A stretch of DNA of 64,000 nucleotides from Rikenellaceae bacterium (GCA_044433965.1 JAWXTF010000001.1:23912-87911); one strand, 5' to 3'; shown: positions 19,694 through 31,500, counted from the stretch's first letter. Notes: generated by a model from the sequence alone, not told the origin. Program-made: numbers and translations.

Positions 19694-20890
19694 TTATTTG
19701 TTTTTGAAGGTGTAGGAGAGACCCACACTAAGGTATGTTTGGGTCTGCACGTCGAGGCTTTGCGCCTTGTTGTAGTAGAGCTGCCACTTGATTGTTGTCG
19801 AGAGGTAGGTGGTTGTAGGTATCGAGATAGTGTTCTCCCAACGCACCGTAGGGCGTATTCCGAGCATTGGCTTGATTCCATCTTGGGTCGTATTCCAATC
19901 TGTAAGAGCATCTTGGTACTCGTCATAATCCTCCACAATATTTTTGTATGAAGCTTGCGTCATCCAACCATAGAAAGAGTAGAGCGAGGTGGTGTAGCGG
20001 ATCTTTGCCAATTTGTCGAAGGTGCGGTCGAAGTCGATCTTGATAGAGGAACCACCCTCATACTTCGAACTTACATAGGGACTAATACCATAGGGCTCAG
20101 CATACTTCCAGGTGCCCGTCTCAGGATCTGTGAAGTTGTAGAGGAAGTTGTCGCGCACCCTCTCATTGTCGACATATATTGCACTAAGTGCCAAGGGCGC
20201 TATATTGACCGTGAAGGGGAGCTTCTTGTTGGATGACTTATAGGTCATACCTCCCGACACATCGAAGTAACCAGGCGCCATAAATGCACTTTTCAACTCG
20301 TAATCCTCTTGTCTGGCTCGCGAGACGTAGCCATTAGCAAACTGAGTACGAAAGGAGAAGGTCATACCATAGGACCATATCGAGGATATGGCGATGGTTG
20401 GGGCAACAGAAGCCGAGAAGAGATCTTGGTTTTTGAACCATACGCCCTCCGAGATTGGGTTACCCTCGTCGTCGGTTCCTGTGTCGATCTTGACTCTATT
20501 GAATCCAAAGTTGGCTACCACCTTCGAGGTGAGCGTAAGTTTTTCGCGTTTGTAGCTATGGTTGAGTGTGAAACTACCCAATATTGCAGTCGTGTTATCA
20601 CCACCCGATGTAGCAACCCAAGGGTCGTTGTAGGCGGTGAGTGATCCCTGTAGTGAACCTATTATTTCGAGCGTGTTACGCTCCTTGCGCAGTGCAGCGC
20701 GCTCGGCACGGTAGCGAGCGAGCGAAAAATAGTCGTTCTTATCAATCGTAGATCTCTTGATTGAGTCCCTGAACTTAACCTCTTCTTGCTTAGTGGCTTT
20801 CAACTTGTCGATGGTCATCTGGGCAGATGCCATTGCAGGGAAAGAGATAAGCATAAGTAGTAAAAAAAAACTTTTTGTAAATTTTATCAT
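19694..20890 (-). CDS. DUF3078-family outer-membrane beta-barrel protein
   Basis: Signal peptide; FSFRTQFANGY, FMAPGY and VRWENTI motifs; terminal GLSYTFKNK. Confidence 0.75.
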   Translation of the reverse strand: MIKFTKSFFLLLMLISFPAMASAQMTIDKLKATKQEEVKFRDSIKRSTIDKNDYFSLARYRAERAALRKERNTLEIIGSLQGSLTAYNDPWVATSGGDNTTAILGSFTLNHSYKREKLTLTSKVVANFGFNRVKIDTGTDDEGNPISEGVWFKNQDLFSASVAPTIAISSIWSYGMTFSFRTQFANGYVSRARQEDYELKSAFMAPGYFDVSGGMTYKSSNKKLPFTVNIAPLALSAIYVDNERVRDNFLYNFTDPETGTWKYAEPYGISPYVSSKYEGGSSIKIDFDRTFDKLAKIRYTTSLYSFYGWMTQASYKNIVEDYDEYQDALTDWNTTQDGIKPMLGIRPTVRWENTISIPTTTYLSTTIKWQLYYNKAQSLDVQTQTYLSVGLSYTFKNK

Positions 20891-20914
20891 CTTATACCGT
20901 TATTGATTAGGGTG

Positions 20915-20940
20915 CAAATTTAATAAAATTATTACCTTTG
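20915..20940. promoter_or_regulatory. Back-to-back -7 boxes (DUF3078 gene / nfo)
   Basis: TAAATTTG on the minus strand (20915-20922) and TACCTTTG on the plus strand (20933-20940). Confidence 0.6.
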
Positions 20941-21002
20941 TACAATACAAATGAGGTTTTTTTACCTGCACGTAGAGAATTAGAAACAAAAACTTTAGCA
21001 CA

Positions 21003-21851
21003 ATGAAATATATAGGAGCACATGTAAGCGTCTCGGGAGGTTTGGAGAATGGTCCCAAGAACGGCGCCGCGATAGGAGCAAACGCAATTGCGATATTCAC
21101 CAAGAACCAACGTCAGTGGAGCGCCCCACAGCTCACCGCGGCAAATATCGCCAAGTTCCAAGAGGCTTGCCACGAGGCAGGTATAGCCCCAGAGCATATC
21201 CTTCCCCACGACAGCTACCTGATAAATCTTGGTCACCCCGAAGAGGAGCCTCTTGAGAAGTCGCGTAGAGCATTTCTCCTTGAGATGCAACGATGCCAAG
21301 ATTTGGGGCTCAAGCTACTCAACTTCCACCCCGGCTCACACCTCAAGAAGATCTCAATTGAGGACTCCTTAGACCGTGTGGCTGAGTCGATTAACCTTGC
21401 TCTTGACGCCACCGAAGGGGTCACTGCGGTGATCGAAAATACTGCTGGTCAAGGCTCCAACTTAGGCTTTAGCTTTCACCACTTAGCCCGCATAATAGAG
21501 GGTGTTAACGACAAGAGTAGGGTAGGCGTCTGCCTCGATACATGCCACACATTTGCTGCGGGATACGACCTCACCTCCGATGAGGCTCTCGATGCTACAT
21601 TCAAAGAGTTTGACCAGGTTGTAGGATTTGGTTATCTTCGTGGCATGCACCTCAACGATGCACTCAAACCTCTGGGCAGCCGCGTAGATCGTCATGCACC
21701 CCTTGGCGATGGATATATCGGCATGCGCTGCTTCGAATATATAATGAGCGACAAACGCTTCGACAATATCCCACTAATCCTGGAGACCCCCGACCCCGAC
21801 CGCTGGTCCGCGGAGATCGCCCTTTTGCGCCAAGCAGCAAATAGAAGTTAG
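21003..21851 (+). CDS. nfo: Endonuclease IV
   Basis: Motifs [41 protein letters not shown] and DRH. Confidence 0.97.
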   Translation: MKYIGAHVSVSGGLENGPKNGAAIGANAIAIFTKNQRQWSAPQLTAANIAKFQEACHEAGIAPEHILPHDSYLINLGHPEEEPLEKSRRAFLLEMQRCQDLGLKLLNFHPGSHLKKISIEDSLDRVAESINLALDATEGVTAVIENTAGQGSNLGFSFHHLARIIEGVNDKSRVGVCLDTCHTFAAGYDLTSDEALDATFKEFDQVVGFGYLRGMHLNDALKPLGSRVDRHAPLGDGYIGMRCFEYIMSDKRFDNIPLILETPDPDRWSAEIALLRQAANRS

Positions 21852-21878
21852 CCCCACCAAAAAGAACACAACAAAACC

Positions 21879-22649
21879 ATGACAGCACTTTTCAACGATA
21901 TTATATTTGGTCCCGTGCACTCGCGACGTTTGGGGCTCTCACTGGGCGTAAACCTCCTACCGACACACTCCAAGATCTGTAACTTCGACTGCATCTACTG
22001 TGAGTGCGGATGGAATGCTGAGCGCCGAGGCAGTGGCTCCTTCAACTCCTTCGAGGAGGTGACAGCAGCCCTCGAAGAGCGACTCACCACAATGGTCGCT
22101 CAGGGCGAGATCCCCGATGTAATAACCTTTGCCGGCAATGGAGAACCTACGCTACACCCACAATTTGAGCAGATTATAGAGTCCACAATAGCTCTACGCA
22201 ACCGCATTATCCCCTCAGCCAAGATCTCCGTGCTGAGCAACGCCACACGTATAGGCATTGAGAGCGTGCGCCGTGCATTGATGACCGTAGACAACAACAT
22301 ATTAAAGCTTGATGCCGCCTCAACAACTCTCGCCAAAGCAATAAACAATCCGCAAGGCGAATATTCAGTCGAAAAGATCGTCGAGGAGATGCTCCTCTTT
22401 GAAGGAAAGCTGACCATGCAAAGTATGTTCCTGCGCGGCAGATGCAACGGAACTGTCATCGATAATACATCCTCCCAAGCCGTGGAGGATTGGCTAAAGA
22501 TTGTAGAGCGAGCAAAACCTCAAATGGTGATGGTATACTCTATTGATCGAGATACACCCTGCAAAACACTGGAGAAGGTTAGCCGCGAAGAACTACTTGC
22601 CATCGCCAAAAGAGTGGAGGCAGTAGGCGTGCGATGTAGTGTGGCATAA
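21879..22649 (+). CDS. Radical SAM protein (COG0731 / TYW1-like N-terminus)
   Basis: Motifs GPVHSRRLGLSLGVNL, CNFDCIYC and ITFAGNGEPTLHP. Confidence 0.88.
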   Translation: MTALFNDIIFGPVHSRRLGLSLGVNLLPTHSKICNFDCIYCECGWNAERRGSGSFNSFEEVTAALEERLTTMVAQGEIPDVITFAGNGEPTLHPQFEQIIESTIALRNRIIPSAKISVLSNATRIGIESVRRALMTVDNNILKLDAASTTLAKAINNPQGEYSVEKIVEEMLLFEGKLTMQSMFLRGRCNGTVIDNTSSQAVEDWLKIVERAKPQMVMVYSIDRDTPCKTLEKVSREELLAIAKRVEAVGVRCSVA

Positions 22650-22682
22650 CAAATCATACTGCTGCAATGAGGACACTGCTTG

Positions 22683-22958
22683 GGTTGCCACCTCAGCATC
22701 AGCGAGGTGAACCTCGATTTGGGTTTAAATGCCGTAGGCATTTAAGAAATTATAAAGAGCAATGAGTTGTGCAAATTTATTTGCGGCAACTCATTGCTCT
22801 TTATAATCTTAGAGATGCAATCTCTAAGCCCAAAGCGCAAGAATGTATGCACCCGCGGGGGTGCTATCCCCGCCCGCCGGAGGCAGTCCGAAGCGCACAG
22901 AAAGAAGCAAGAAGCGCACAGAAGGCAAGCATAGACTCCGCCCGCCGGAGGCAGTCCA
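22683..22958 (-). repeat. Modular palindromic repeat family, copy 4 (left half, reverse orientation)
   Basis: It carries the same hairpin modules as copies 1 and 2 and lies between convergent genes. Confidence 0.95.
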
Positions 22959-22977
22959 AAACAATATTAAGTAAATT

Positions 22978-24423
22978 CTACAGATACACAACAGCTTGGC
23001 TACCGCCCACAGGGAACTCGATAGCGTTATCGACCTGTGAAGAGAAGTTATCGTACACGAACACAACTACCTGGCAGTTATCAATATTTTGGATTGTAGG
23101 GAAGTTATCGAGATCAAACTCGCAGTAGAACATATACTCAGTGTTAGCCTTTTGGGTCTCGACGCTACCCAAGTTCACAAATAGGCTTTCGCTTTGAGGG
23201 GAGGGGAATGTAGCGCATATTGCGTTGTTGTGCGTTGAGAAGTCGAATGAGGGGAATGCTGTTGAGTTATATTGATCTGATTTGATACCATCCTCGATTA
23301 TCCACGCACCGATGAAGTATTCGCCTTCGGTTGCGATTTTGACATCTGAGCGCACAGCCACAATATTATCGTACATAATAGATGATCCTGAGAGAGCGCA
23401 ATTTGCTTTGGCGTTGTAGAGAGACTCGGTAATAGATGTTATCTGCGCCTTTATCACATCTACTTTGCCGTCACTATCTGCGGGGCTTAGAGGCACGCTC
23501 AGCGTGAATCCAGTCGAGGGAGACATATTGAAGTTGAGTGCGGGGTATCCAATCTGGTCTATTCCCATTGTCTCGATCACCTTCATGCTTGCCTCGCACA
23601 TCATTGGGTCGGGGTCGCTGCTGTATAGTGTTCCGTGAGCGGCAGTGTGAATTAGAGCCTCTTCGACGACCTTCTCCTCGTCGATACACTCCTCGATAGC
23701 TTTAATCATGTGGGGGCACCAAGTGCACTCTGTGCTGGTACCTTGAATTGCCAACACGCGGCGATAGAAAGAGTCATATTGTGTGGGGTTTGTATCCACT
23801 ACTTTGGAGATAATATTTGTGACGCCATATATCAAGAGGTCGTCACTGGCAATTCCATTGTATACAACATAGAAGATATGTTCACCTGTTTGGCTCATAA
23901 CATACGATGAGGGGATCCATGTGGCGGCATCGGCAGACTCATTAGACATGCGGTGGTATATCTTAGCGATATCGGTGACATCCTCGCCACTTGCGGTCAC
24001 TGTGAAGTTTACCGCTGTGGTGCCATCTACCACTATCGGGGAGGCATCGGGGATCAACATAAGGTCGAGATCACCCACAACCGACACTTTTTCGCTAATC
24101 TGGTTGTTGTAGACGGCATAGAAGAGGTGACCTATACGCTCCTCGACAAGGAATCGAGGCTCATCAAGTCGAGATGATTTGCCCTCCACCTCGTAGTATA
24201 TCTTAGCTTCGGAGGTTACATCCTCCTCGCCATAGAGAACCGTAAAATCTACGTAGCTGTCGGGACCAACTACAACCTCCTCGGAGGAGGCTACCAACAC
24301 AAGCTCCTTTGGAGTTGTGTCGTCGGGGATGTTTGGTTCTGTTGTTGTCTCTTTGTCGGAGCCGCACGCCAAAAATGCAATGGTGCAGCAGAGCGAGAGA
24401 ATAAATTTAGAGATGTTGTTCAT
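22978..24423 (-). CDS. Lipoprotein: two Ig-like N-terminal repeats + Omp28-related domain with CxxC
   Basis: Lipobox FLAC; repeated FTV...EDVT..AKIY; CTWCPHM; Omp28-like WIIEDGI...HNN motif. Confidence 0.75.
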   Translation of the reverse strand: MNNISKFILSLCCTIAFLACGSDKETTTEPNIPDDTTPKELVLVASSEEVVVGPDSYVDFTVLYGEEDVTSEAKIYYEVEGKSSRLDEPRFLVEERIGHLFYAVYNNQISEKVSVVGDLDLMLIPDASPIVVDGTTAVNFTVTASGEDVTDIAKIYHRMSNESADAATWIPSSYVMSQTGEHIFYVVYNGIASDDLLIYGVTNIISKVVDTNPTQYDSFYRRVLAIQGTSTECTWCPHMIKAIEECIDEEKVVEEALIHTAAHGTLYSSDPDPMMCEASMKVIETMGIDQIGYPALNFNMSPSTGFTLSVPLSPADSDGKVDVIKAQITSITESLYNAKANCALSGSSIMYDNIVAVRSDVKIATEGEYFIGAWIIEDGIKSDQYNSTAFPSFDFSTHNNAICATFPSPQSESLFVNLGSVETQKANTEYMFYCEFDLDNFPTIQNIDNCQVVVFVYDNFSSQVDNAIEFPVGGSQAVVYL

Positions 24424-24463
24424 GGATGTGTAAAAAGATGTTGATAGTTAGTATATTACAAAT

Positions 24464-25864
24464 TTAGTCGTCGATATATTCATATCCACAGCTCTCACCC
24501 AATTTGAGTGTTATGGCGTTATCGGTGAAGGCTGTCGAGTGGTCGTAGACAAAAATTAGGAGGCGGCAGTTGTCGATATTCTCATATTGTTGGATCTCGG
24601 AGAGGGGGAAATCGCAACAGCACTCATATCTCGTCCCGGCTTTGTGGGAGCTAAAGCCGCCTAAATCGATTGTCAGCGCCTTGGAGAAGGGGTAGATATC
24701 TCGAATCACCCCATTGTGTATCGAGAGCTCCTCAAGCTCCTCGGGTGCTGCTCCCGCTTGAGGGTGATATAGACCATCCTCAAGTAGCCATATGCCTATG
24801 CCATAGCGACCATCAGAGGCGATTTTGACATCTGCCCTGACCGATATTACGCCATCGCTAAGTGTAGAGCTTGCAGCGATAGAGCTCTTCACCTCTGTTG
24901 AGAGAAGGCTCTCCATGATTGCATCTACCTTGTCGTAGTTCTTCTCCACCGAGGAGTCGGCAGAGCTAAGCACGAAGTTGGCGTCGGCGGTCAGCGCAAA
25001 GCTAAGCGCGGGGAACATCTTCACTTCGAGCCCCGCAATCACCGTAGTGCTCGCCAAGCAGGTCATTGGGTCGACCGTTTGCAGAGGTCCATGAGCAGCG
25101 CTAAAAACTATCTCCTCGCCTAAGGGAGTCTTGAGATAGCTGTGCACCAGTCGCACCATGTCGACACAGGGTGAGCAACCAGCATCTGCCATATGGATAG
25201 CCAAAACTCGGCGTTTGAATGAGTCATACTTAGATGGTTCTGGATCTGGGAGAGGCTCTAATATCTTGTTGAGTACGCGTATTGTGATCTCGTTGCTGGG
25301 GATATCGTTGTAGATAGCATAGAAATTATACTCTCCTATTGAGTCAAATGTGAGGCTATGACCATCCATAGGTCTGCCCCCGTTGTGATCCTCCACGGCA
25401 TAGAGTGTCGTACTCTCGGTGATGTCGACTCCTCTACACTCCACCCTAAATTGGAGTGGTGCATCGCTCTCAAGTGCCACGTAGTTACTCTCGGCAGAGA
25501 GCAGCAGAGGGTCCACCACACCTATGACCGCTACCTTCGCGGTGAGTACTCCCTCATAGAGAGCGTAGAAGAGGTTCTCCCCTTCGTGCGAGATGATAAA
25601 GTTGTTGGAGGCAAGTTTTGTGGAGCGTCCCTCCTCAAATTTGTAGATTGTCGACAGCTCTGTGACATCGTTGTCGCCACAAAAAACGCTAAATTCAACC
25701 TCTTGAGAATCATTGATCGAGACGCTACGTAGCGAGGCGATGATCTCTAATTGGGTCTCGACATCGGGTGTCTCCTCGTGGTTGGGTGTGAGAGTCTCTT
25801 TGTTACATCCCCCTGCTAAGAGCAGGAGGATGAGAACAAAAAGTTTGGTTGTTGAGTTTAACAT
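24464..25864 (-). CDS. Lipoprotein, paralog of the neighbour (Omp28-related, CxxC)
   Basis: Lipobox AGGC; repeated DVT..STIY; CSPC; WLLEDGL...HNG motif. Confidence 0.75.
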   Translation of the reverse strand: MLNSTTKLFVLILLLLAGGCNKETLTPNHEETPDVETQLEIIASLRSVSINDSQEVEFSVFCGDNDVTELSTIYKFEEGRSTKLASNNFIISHEGENLFYALYEGVLTAKVAVIGVVDPLLLSAESNYVALESDAPLQFRVECRGVDITESTTLYAVEDHNGGRPMDGHSLTFDSIGEYNFYAIYNDIPSNEITIRVLNKILEPLPDPEPSKYDSFKRRVLAIHMADAGCSPCVDMVRLVHSYLKTPLGEEIVFSAAHGPLQTVDPMTCLASTTVIAGLEVKMFPALSFALTADANFVLSSADSSVEKNYDKVDAIMESLLSTEVKSSIAASSTLSDGVISVRADVKIASDGRYGIGIWLLEDGLYHPQAGAAPEELEELSIHNGVIRDIYPFSKALTIDLGGFSSHKAGTRYECCCDFPLSEIQQYENIDNCRLLIFVYDHSTAFTDNAITLKLGESCGYEYIDD

Positions 25865-25881
25865 ACCCTCTTAGCCTACTC

Positions 25882-28416
25882 CTAAAGAGACAACTTAGAG
25901 CTATATTGTTCGAGGATACCTACCGAGCAATTAACCTCTTTGCAAGGAATTGTCTTATACTCAACCTCGAACGAAGGCATGTATGGACGTTTGAAGTGAC
26001 CACTCTTAGCACGGCTGATTGGGGCAGGTGCACCAATGCTGTTGAGCTGCAATGGAGCATTGTAGCGACCTGTTGAGGGTGCTTGGCTATAACCACGAGT
26101 CATTGTTGGCTCAGCAAAACCTACGGTCGAGGGGTAAGGTGTTCCAACAGCATCGTAGTAGTAGTAAGAGAGGTAGAAGTTGTCGAGTACGCTACCATCG
26201 TCAAATGTGTATGACAAGGAGCTAATTGTCATATTGTCGTCATCCTCTCTACGGAGTGGAATATCATTAGTAAATAGACCTTGGAACGTTGTGCAGCTCA
26301 CCGAACCGATGTAGTATGTCATGTCGTATGAGCGAGCAGGAGCGATGTATGCTGGATCTACCTCGATAACAGTTGACTCATCCTCTTTGATCTGGAGGTA
26401 CATCTTTGGACCAAAGTCGAAGAAGAGTTGATCGGTGTTGTAAGCACCATAATCCAAATCGCAGAAGAGATCCCAAGTGTCGATTGTGCTATACTCCACG
26501 TAGGGGGTAAAACCAACCATCAAGAGGCGATTTTGCGCTCTATACATCTCCTTGAATTTGGCTGCTGTCTCTACATACTCCTTAAATGAAGCTGCTATTT
26601 GCTCTGTGGCAAACTCTTCGGGATTAGCTACAGAGGTCTGTTCAGCGTAGCTTACCCAGTAGTCGTATAGAGCTGCATAATCTTCGTGTGAAGAGTCAAA
26701 TGTTGCAGGTCCAAAGTTTGGATCATCGGTGATAGTGGTCTTAAATGTTGCTGTCATTGGGCTCGAAGCGGTGTCGTTGAGGGTCCAACCTGGCTTAAAC
26801 ACATAGGTTGTAGTCCAATCGCCAAGAAGCGTTGTGAAGAGCTCAGAGTCGACGCTTGGTCGAGCAGTCTCAACAGCCGAACGTGCAGTACCTACCGAGC
26901 AGAATGCCTTCTCGTCGACGTTCGATGTGGTGATAGCAAGCAGGTTCTCGGTGTCTGCCCAAGAGTCAAATGTCATTACGTAACCTTCGTCCGAGTTGAT
27001 GCCAGCGAGAATCTCCTCGTTGCTCTCCTCGACTCCGTAGATGCTTACCATCTGCTCATATGTGTAACCTTGAGCAAGGTATGTAGACCACGCTTGCGAT
27101 GAGTTCATTAGGTAGTAGAATGTACCACAATCCTTAGTTGCGCACTTGATATTGAAGTTCACTGAGTATGGGTCCTCGCTACCAGCATCGGTGATTTGAA
27201 GCTCAATGGCAGGAAGTTTAGACTCTGTTGTCTCGACTGTGATATATTCGATTGTGCGAGTCTCGGTCAACTCGTCCGAAGAGTAGATCACAGCAAGTGT
27301 GTAGCTTACGCCAAGTGAAAGACCTGTGAATTGAGTTGTCGAAGCGCCAGTGACTGGATATGTCATCTTTTGCATCTCGGTACCAATACCATTCTCACCA
27401 GCCCACTCATCGAAGAGTTGCATCTCGGTTGGTGTGAGAAGTAGAGAGGTATATGCATAGATCTCCTCAGAGGGGGTGATTGTAACAAATGCAGATATCT
27501 CGGTTGTGGTGATGTCGATATCTACTGAGCCCTCAGAGGGTGCAGGGAGCTTAGAGCAGGTGTAAGCAATTACGCTGAAACCATCCTCGTCGCCATTCTC
27601 GGTGTAGCCATCAACGATAGGCTTCTCAGAGCCGCGTGTAGCAACTTGAGTGGGTTGAGCTGGAGCCAAAAGGGCACCCTCAGCATCGCACTCAGCAACC
27701 AAGATAACGAATGAGCTACCAGGTTTCACAACAGCCTCAACATCCTCCTCACCATAGGTTAGGAACGAAAGGTCTCCATCTTTGTAGTCGACAATCTGTG
27801 TGCCCTGACCAATAGCGCCATATGCCAAGAACTCTGAATCGGGAGTGCCGAACTGAGCTTGCAGTGAGGCACGATCCAAGCGAGGCATGATTAGGTAGCG
27901 GTAGTAGGTATCTGTGGGAGCGTTGATCGCAAACTTAATGTTGTAGAACCCAGTCTCGATAATATTTACAATACGATCGTACTCGGCAGTGGTGAAGTTG
28001 ACCGTTTCGACCGTGTATTCGCTCTCGTCTGCAACTTTGAAGGCGAACTCCACGGTGTAGGCAGTGTTGCCTTCGAGACCATAGATCACCGACTCTACGG
28101 TTCCATCCTCCACTTCGAAGATCTCCTCGGCATCGTTGTAGATAACTATTGCCTCGGTTGGCTCCACCACTTCACCCTTGGTGATGCAGTAAGCATATGA
28201 CTCATATCCTTTGGTCTCGATTGTACAAAGAGCCGACGTTGCACTGTAAAACTCTTCGCTGGAGCTCACCATCTTAACTGTCGATACTTTGTCCGAGGTG
28301 TTAGGATCTACCTCCTCTTTATTGGGGGTAGTCTCAGGTTCGTCACCACAACTAAAGGTTGTTAGTGATAGCGCTGCAAAAAGTGCTGCATAGCATAATT
28401 TGTTAATTAGTTTCAT
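25882..28416 (-). CDS. Large lipoprotein with FN3-like beta-rich domains and an uncharacterised C-terminal domain
   Basis: Lipobox TFSC followed by acidic GDE; Y.V.FA...FTT repeats. Confidence 0.75.
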   Translation of the reverse strand: MKLINKLCYAALFAALSLTTFSCGDEPETTPNKEEVDPNTSDKVSTVKMVSSSEEFYSATSALCTIETKGYESYAYCITKGEVVEPTEAIVIYNDAEEIFEVEDGTVESVIYGLEGNTAYTVEFAFKVADESEYTVETVNFTTAEYDRIVNIIETGFYNIKFAINAPTDTYYRYLIMPRLDRASLQAQFGTPDSEFLAYGAIGQGTQIVDYKDGDLSFLTYGEEDVEAVVKPGSSFVILVAECDAEGALLAPAQPTQVATRGSEKPIVDGYTENGDEDGFSVIAYTCSKLPAPSEGSVDIDITTTEISAFVTITPSEEIYAYTSLLLTPTEMQLFDEWAGENGIGTEMQKMTYPVTGASTTQFTGLSLGVSYTLAVIYSSDELTETRTIEYITVETTESKLPAIELQITDAGSEDPYSVNFNIKCATKDCGTFYYLMNSSQAWSTYLAQGYTYEQMVSIYGVEESNEEILAGINSDEGYVMTFDSWADTENLLAITTSNVDEKAFCSVGTARSAVETARPSVDSELFTTLLGDWTTTYVFKPGWTLNDTASSPMTATFKTTITDDPNFGPATFDSSHEDYAALYDYWVSYAEQTSVANPEEFATEQIAASFKEYVETAAKFKEMYRAQNRLLMVGFTPYVEYSTIDTWDLFCDLDYGAYNTDQLFFDFGPKMYLQIKEDESTVIEVDPAYIAPARSYDMTYYIGSVSCTTFQGLFTNDIPLRREDDDNMTISSLSYTFDDGSVLDNFYLSYYYYDAVGTPYPSTVGFAEPTMTRGYSQAPSTGRYNAPLQLNSIGAPAPISRAKSGHFKRPYMPSFEVEYKTIPCKEVNCSVGILEQYSSKLSL

Positions 28417-28464
28417 CTGTTTTATTTAAAATAAGTTTTATAAATCCGTAGCTCTGTAACAGCG

Positions 28465-28500
28465 AGAAAAACAGTATCACTTTACTGATACTGTTTTTCT
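28465..28500 (-). terminator. Intrinsic terminator between the first and second lipoprotein genes
   Basis: Perfect 15-bp stem agaaaaacagtatca / tgatactgtttttct with a 6-nt loop. Confidence 0.8.
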
Positions 28501-28566
28501 GCGTTAAAAAATTGATATGATTATCGCCACGCAAGCGCCTCGAAGCTCTTGCGGGAGATAGTATAT

Positions 28567-31500
28567 TTAGTTCTCCAAAGTGGTGAACTCTACACTCATA
28601 TATTCGAGTTGTTCCATCGCCTCATTAAGAGCGATAATAGCAAAGTGGTATTTGGTATTTGCACTAAGTTGACCCAAAGAGGCACCTGCGCTAAAGACCT
28701 TCTCGCCAGCATAGATTCTACCACTTGGCAACAATTGAGAGGCTGTTGCACCAGCGTAAGGCACCAACTCATCTTGAAGTCCTGCCAAGATATCACCATT
28801 ATAGAGTGAGTTTAACCAAGAGTCAGGGATTGTATATGCATAGTAGTAGAGGACATCATCCGCAGGGGCTACTGTGATTGTTGCATCTGATGAGGTAATA
28901 TCGCTCACAGTGAGAGTAAATGGAGCTGCATCTGGCTCAACAACATCTGCTGCTGTAGTAAACACCACCTTCTCTACACACAACATCTCGCCCTCAGCGT
29001 TGAGACCCATAACACCAAATTGATACTCGGTGCCAGAGCTAAGTTGACCAAAGAAATCTTTTACATGGAACTCCTTCTCTCCATATGAAACCATATCGTA
29101 TTGAGCCAATACATCCAATCCCATGCCGTAGCTCAAGAGGTATGAAACACCACTGTTGAGGTAGGCTGCGAAGTCACCAGCATAATCTTTCTCCAAGTAC
29201 TCGGTAGAGATAGCGTGCGCGTAGTAGTAAGGAACATCAGCAGATGGAGTTACAGTAACTGTAGCGTCAGAGGTAGTGATCTCACCCAAAGTAAGAGTGA
29301 CAGTAGGCTCTGGTACAACAACCTCGTCAGCCTCGGTAGTAAATTCAATGCTCTCTATACAGATCATCTCGCCCTCAGCGTTGAGACCCATAGCACCAAA
29401 TTGGTACTTGGTGTCGGGGCTAAGCTGACCAAAGTAGTCTTTCACTCTGAACTCCTTCTCGCTATTTTCGATCATGCCATAATCCAACAATGTATCCATT
29501 CCTGCACCCATACTCAAGAAGTATGAGATTCCCTCATTGAGGAATTTTGTCATGCTTCCTTCGTAGTTTGACTCCAAGAACTCAGAAGAGATAGCATTAA
29601 CGTAGTAGTAAGGAACATCAGCAGATGGAGTTACAGTAACCCCAGCATCAGTTTTGGTGATCTCACCCAAAGTAAGAGTGATGGTAGCATCTGAAGGATC
29701 AACAACAGCATCAGATATCGTTGTAACATTCAAAGACATAGTTCCTTGAAGATCCCCCGAAGCCGATACGCCGACAACTGCAAATTGATACTCTGTTTCG
29801 GGAGTTAACGCGCCGCAAAGATCCGTAAAGTTAAGGCTCTTAGCACCTGAGTGCAAAGTATTCTTCGAGATAAGGGTTGGGATATCGTTGATACTTAGGT
29901 AGTACTTAGCATTCTCCTCGGCGTAAGCAACTACATTACCCTCGTAGTATTGATCCAAAGTAGCTGTTGGGATAGCTGTAGCGTAGTAGTAAGGGATGCC
30001 ATTTGCTGGAGTTATGGTAACTGTAGCATCAGATGAGGTCACCTCGCCCAAAGTGATGGTGAATGGATCAACATCTTGGTTGTTCTCATCTTTTGAGGTG
30101 AAGTTAAGCGACTCAACCTCTGTAGTGAGTGCTCCTGTAGCGTCGACTCCAGCTACGATAAATACATATGCTGTAGCTGCTGTAAGCTCGCTACCCAAGC
30201 ATAGTGTTGGGTCGATGCTCTTGCTGCCGCTGTAAAGAGTGATGTTGTTTGGCTCAGCAAAGTCTGTAGTACCCATCATCAAATCGTTAGCGATCAACAT
30301 ATTGAATAGGGTTGCTGCATCGCCATCAGCAAAGTTTACCATTGTCTCATATGTTTGACAAACAACATAGTAGTTGCCAACTACGCTGTCGGGTGTAACG
30401 TTGATTGTTGCACCTGTCGAGCTAAGGTCAGTAAGTTCGATTGCAAAGGCGTCAGATGGAAGCGGTGCTGCTGTATACTCCTTATAAGAAGAGGCTGTAG
30501 TTATCACCTCGCCACTTTGGTCAACTCCAAGAGTAACAAGAATGTACTCAGTATCGGAGTAGAGTGTACCTGCCAAGCTTGATAGATTTACGCTAAGCTC
30601 TCCCTTGTAGAGTGAACCAGCCTCGACCAAAGCCTCCATATCGGTTGAACCTGCAAGTGCTGTAGATGCAATATTGTTGATGTAGTATGATGCATCCGCG
30701 CCATAGCCTGTAGCCAACGCCTTAGTCGAAATTGCACTCATAAAGTAGTAAGGAACACTCTCAAGAGGTGTCACCTTAACCGAGATCTCGCTCTCGGTAG
30801 AGCTAAGAGTCTCAAATGAGAAGGCATCCTCGATGATCTCTGGCTCAACAACAGTGGTAGGAGTTGTGAGTGAGTATGACTCAACATAAGTAATGTAGTT
30901 GTTGTTGGCATCAACTCCGATTGCAGCAATTACATACTCGGTATTCTCCGAAGCGCTACCTGCGGTATTCATAAGCGATGTTGACCATGCGCTCTTTTGT
31001 GCAATCTCGTAGTCGATAAGCTCGGCAACATTTGCCATACCCAAGTATTGGTCTGCATAGGCTGTAAGCCAGTTGCTTACACTACCCTCATAGCCCGAAT
31101 CCAAAGTCGATTTTAGGATAGCCGAAGCGATGTAGTAGGGAACCTCCTCCGATGGAGTGATAGTAAATTTAACATCTGGAATGCTATTGTCGGTAATCTC
31201 GAATGTAAACGCATTCTCAATCTTCTCTACAGCAACCTCAGTTGTGAAGTCTACAAATGAGACCTCCGAAAGAATGCCTCCATTAGCGTCAACAGCTGCA
31301 ACAGCAAAGATATATTGTGTGTTAGAGTCGAGGTCGTCGCCATAGCAAGCAGTAACATCGATAGTCTTAGTGCCTGTAAAGATGCTGTAACCGTTTGGTT
31401 CAGAGAAGTCTGTCATCGCCATCTTAGCACTCTCAAGTACCAACTCGTAGAACGCTGATGGGTCACCATCGCTATACTCATCCATCAAAGAGTATGGTTG

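Noticed and set aside
21879-22649. Radical SAM protein as the sulfatase maturase anSME
   Set aside because: At 256 aa it is too short, lacks a SPASM Cys-rich C-terminus and has the COG0731-type N-terminus.
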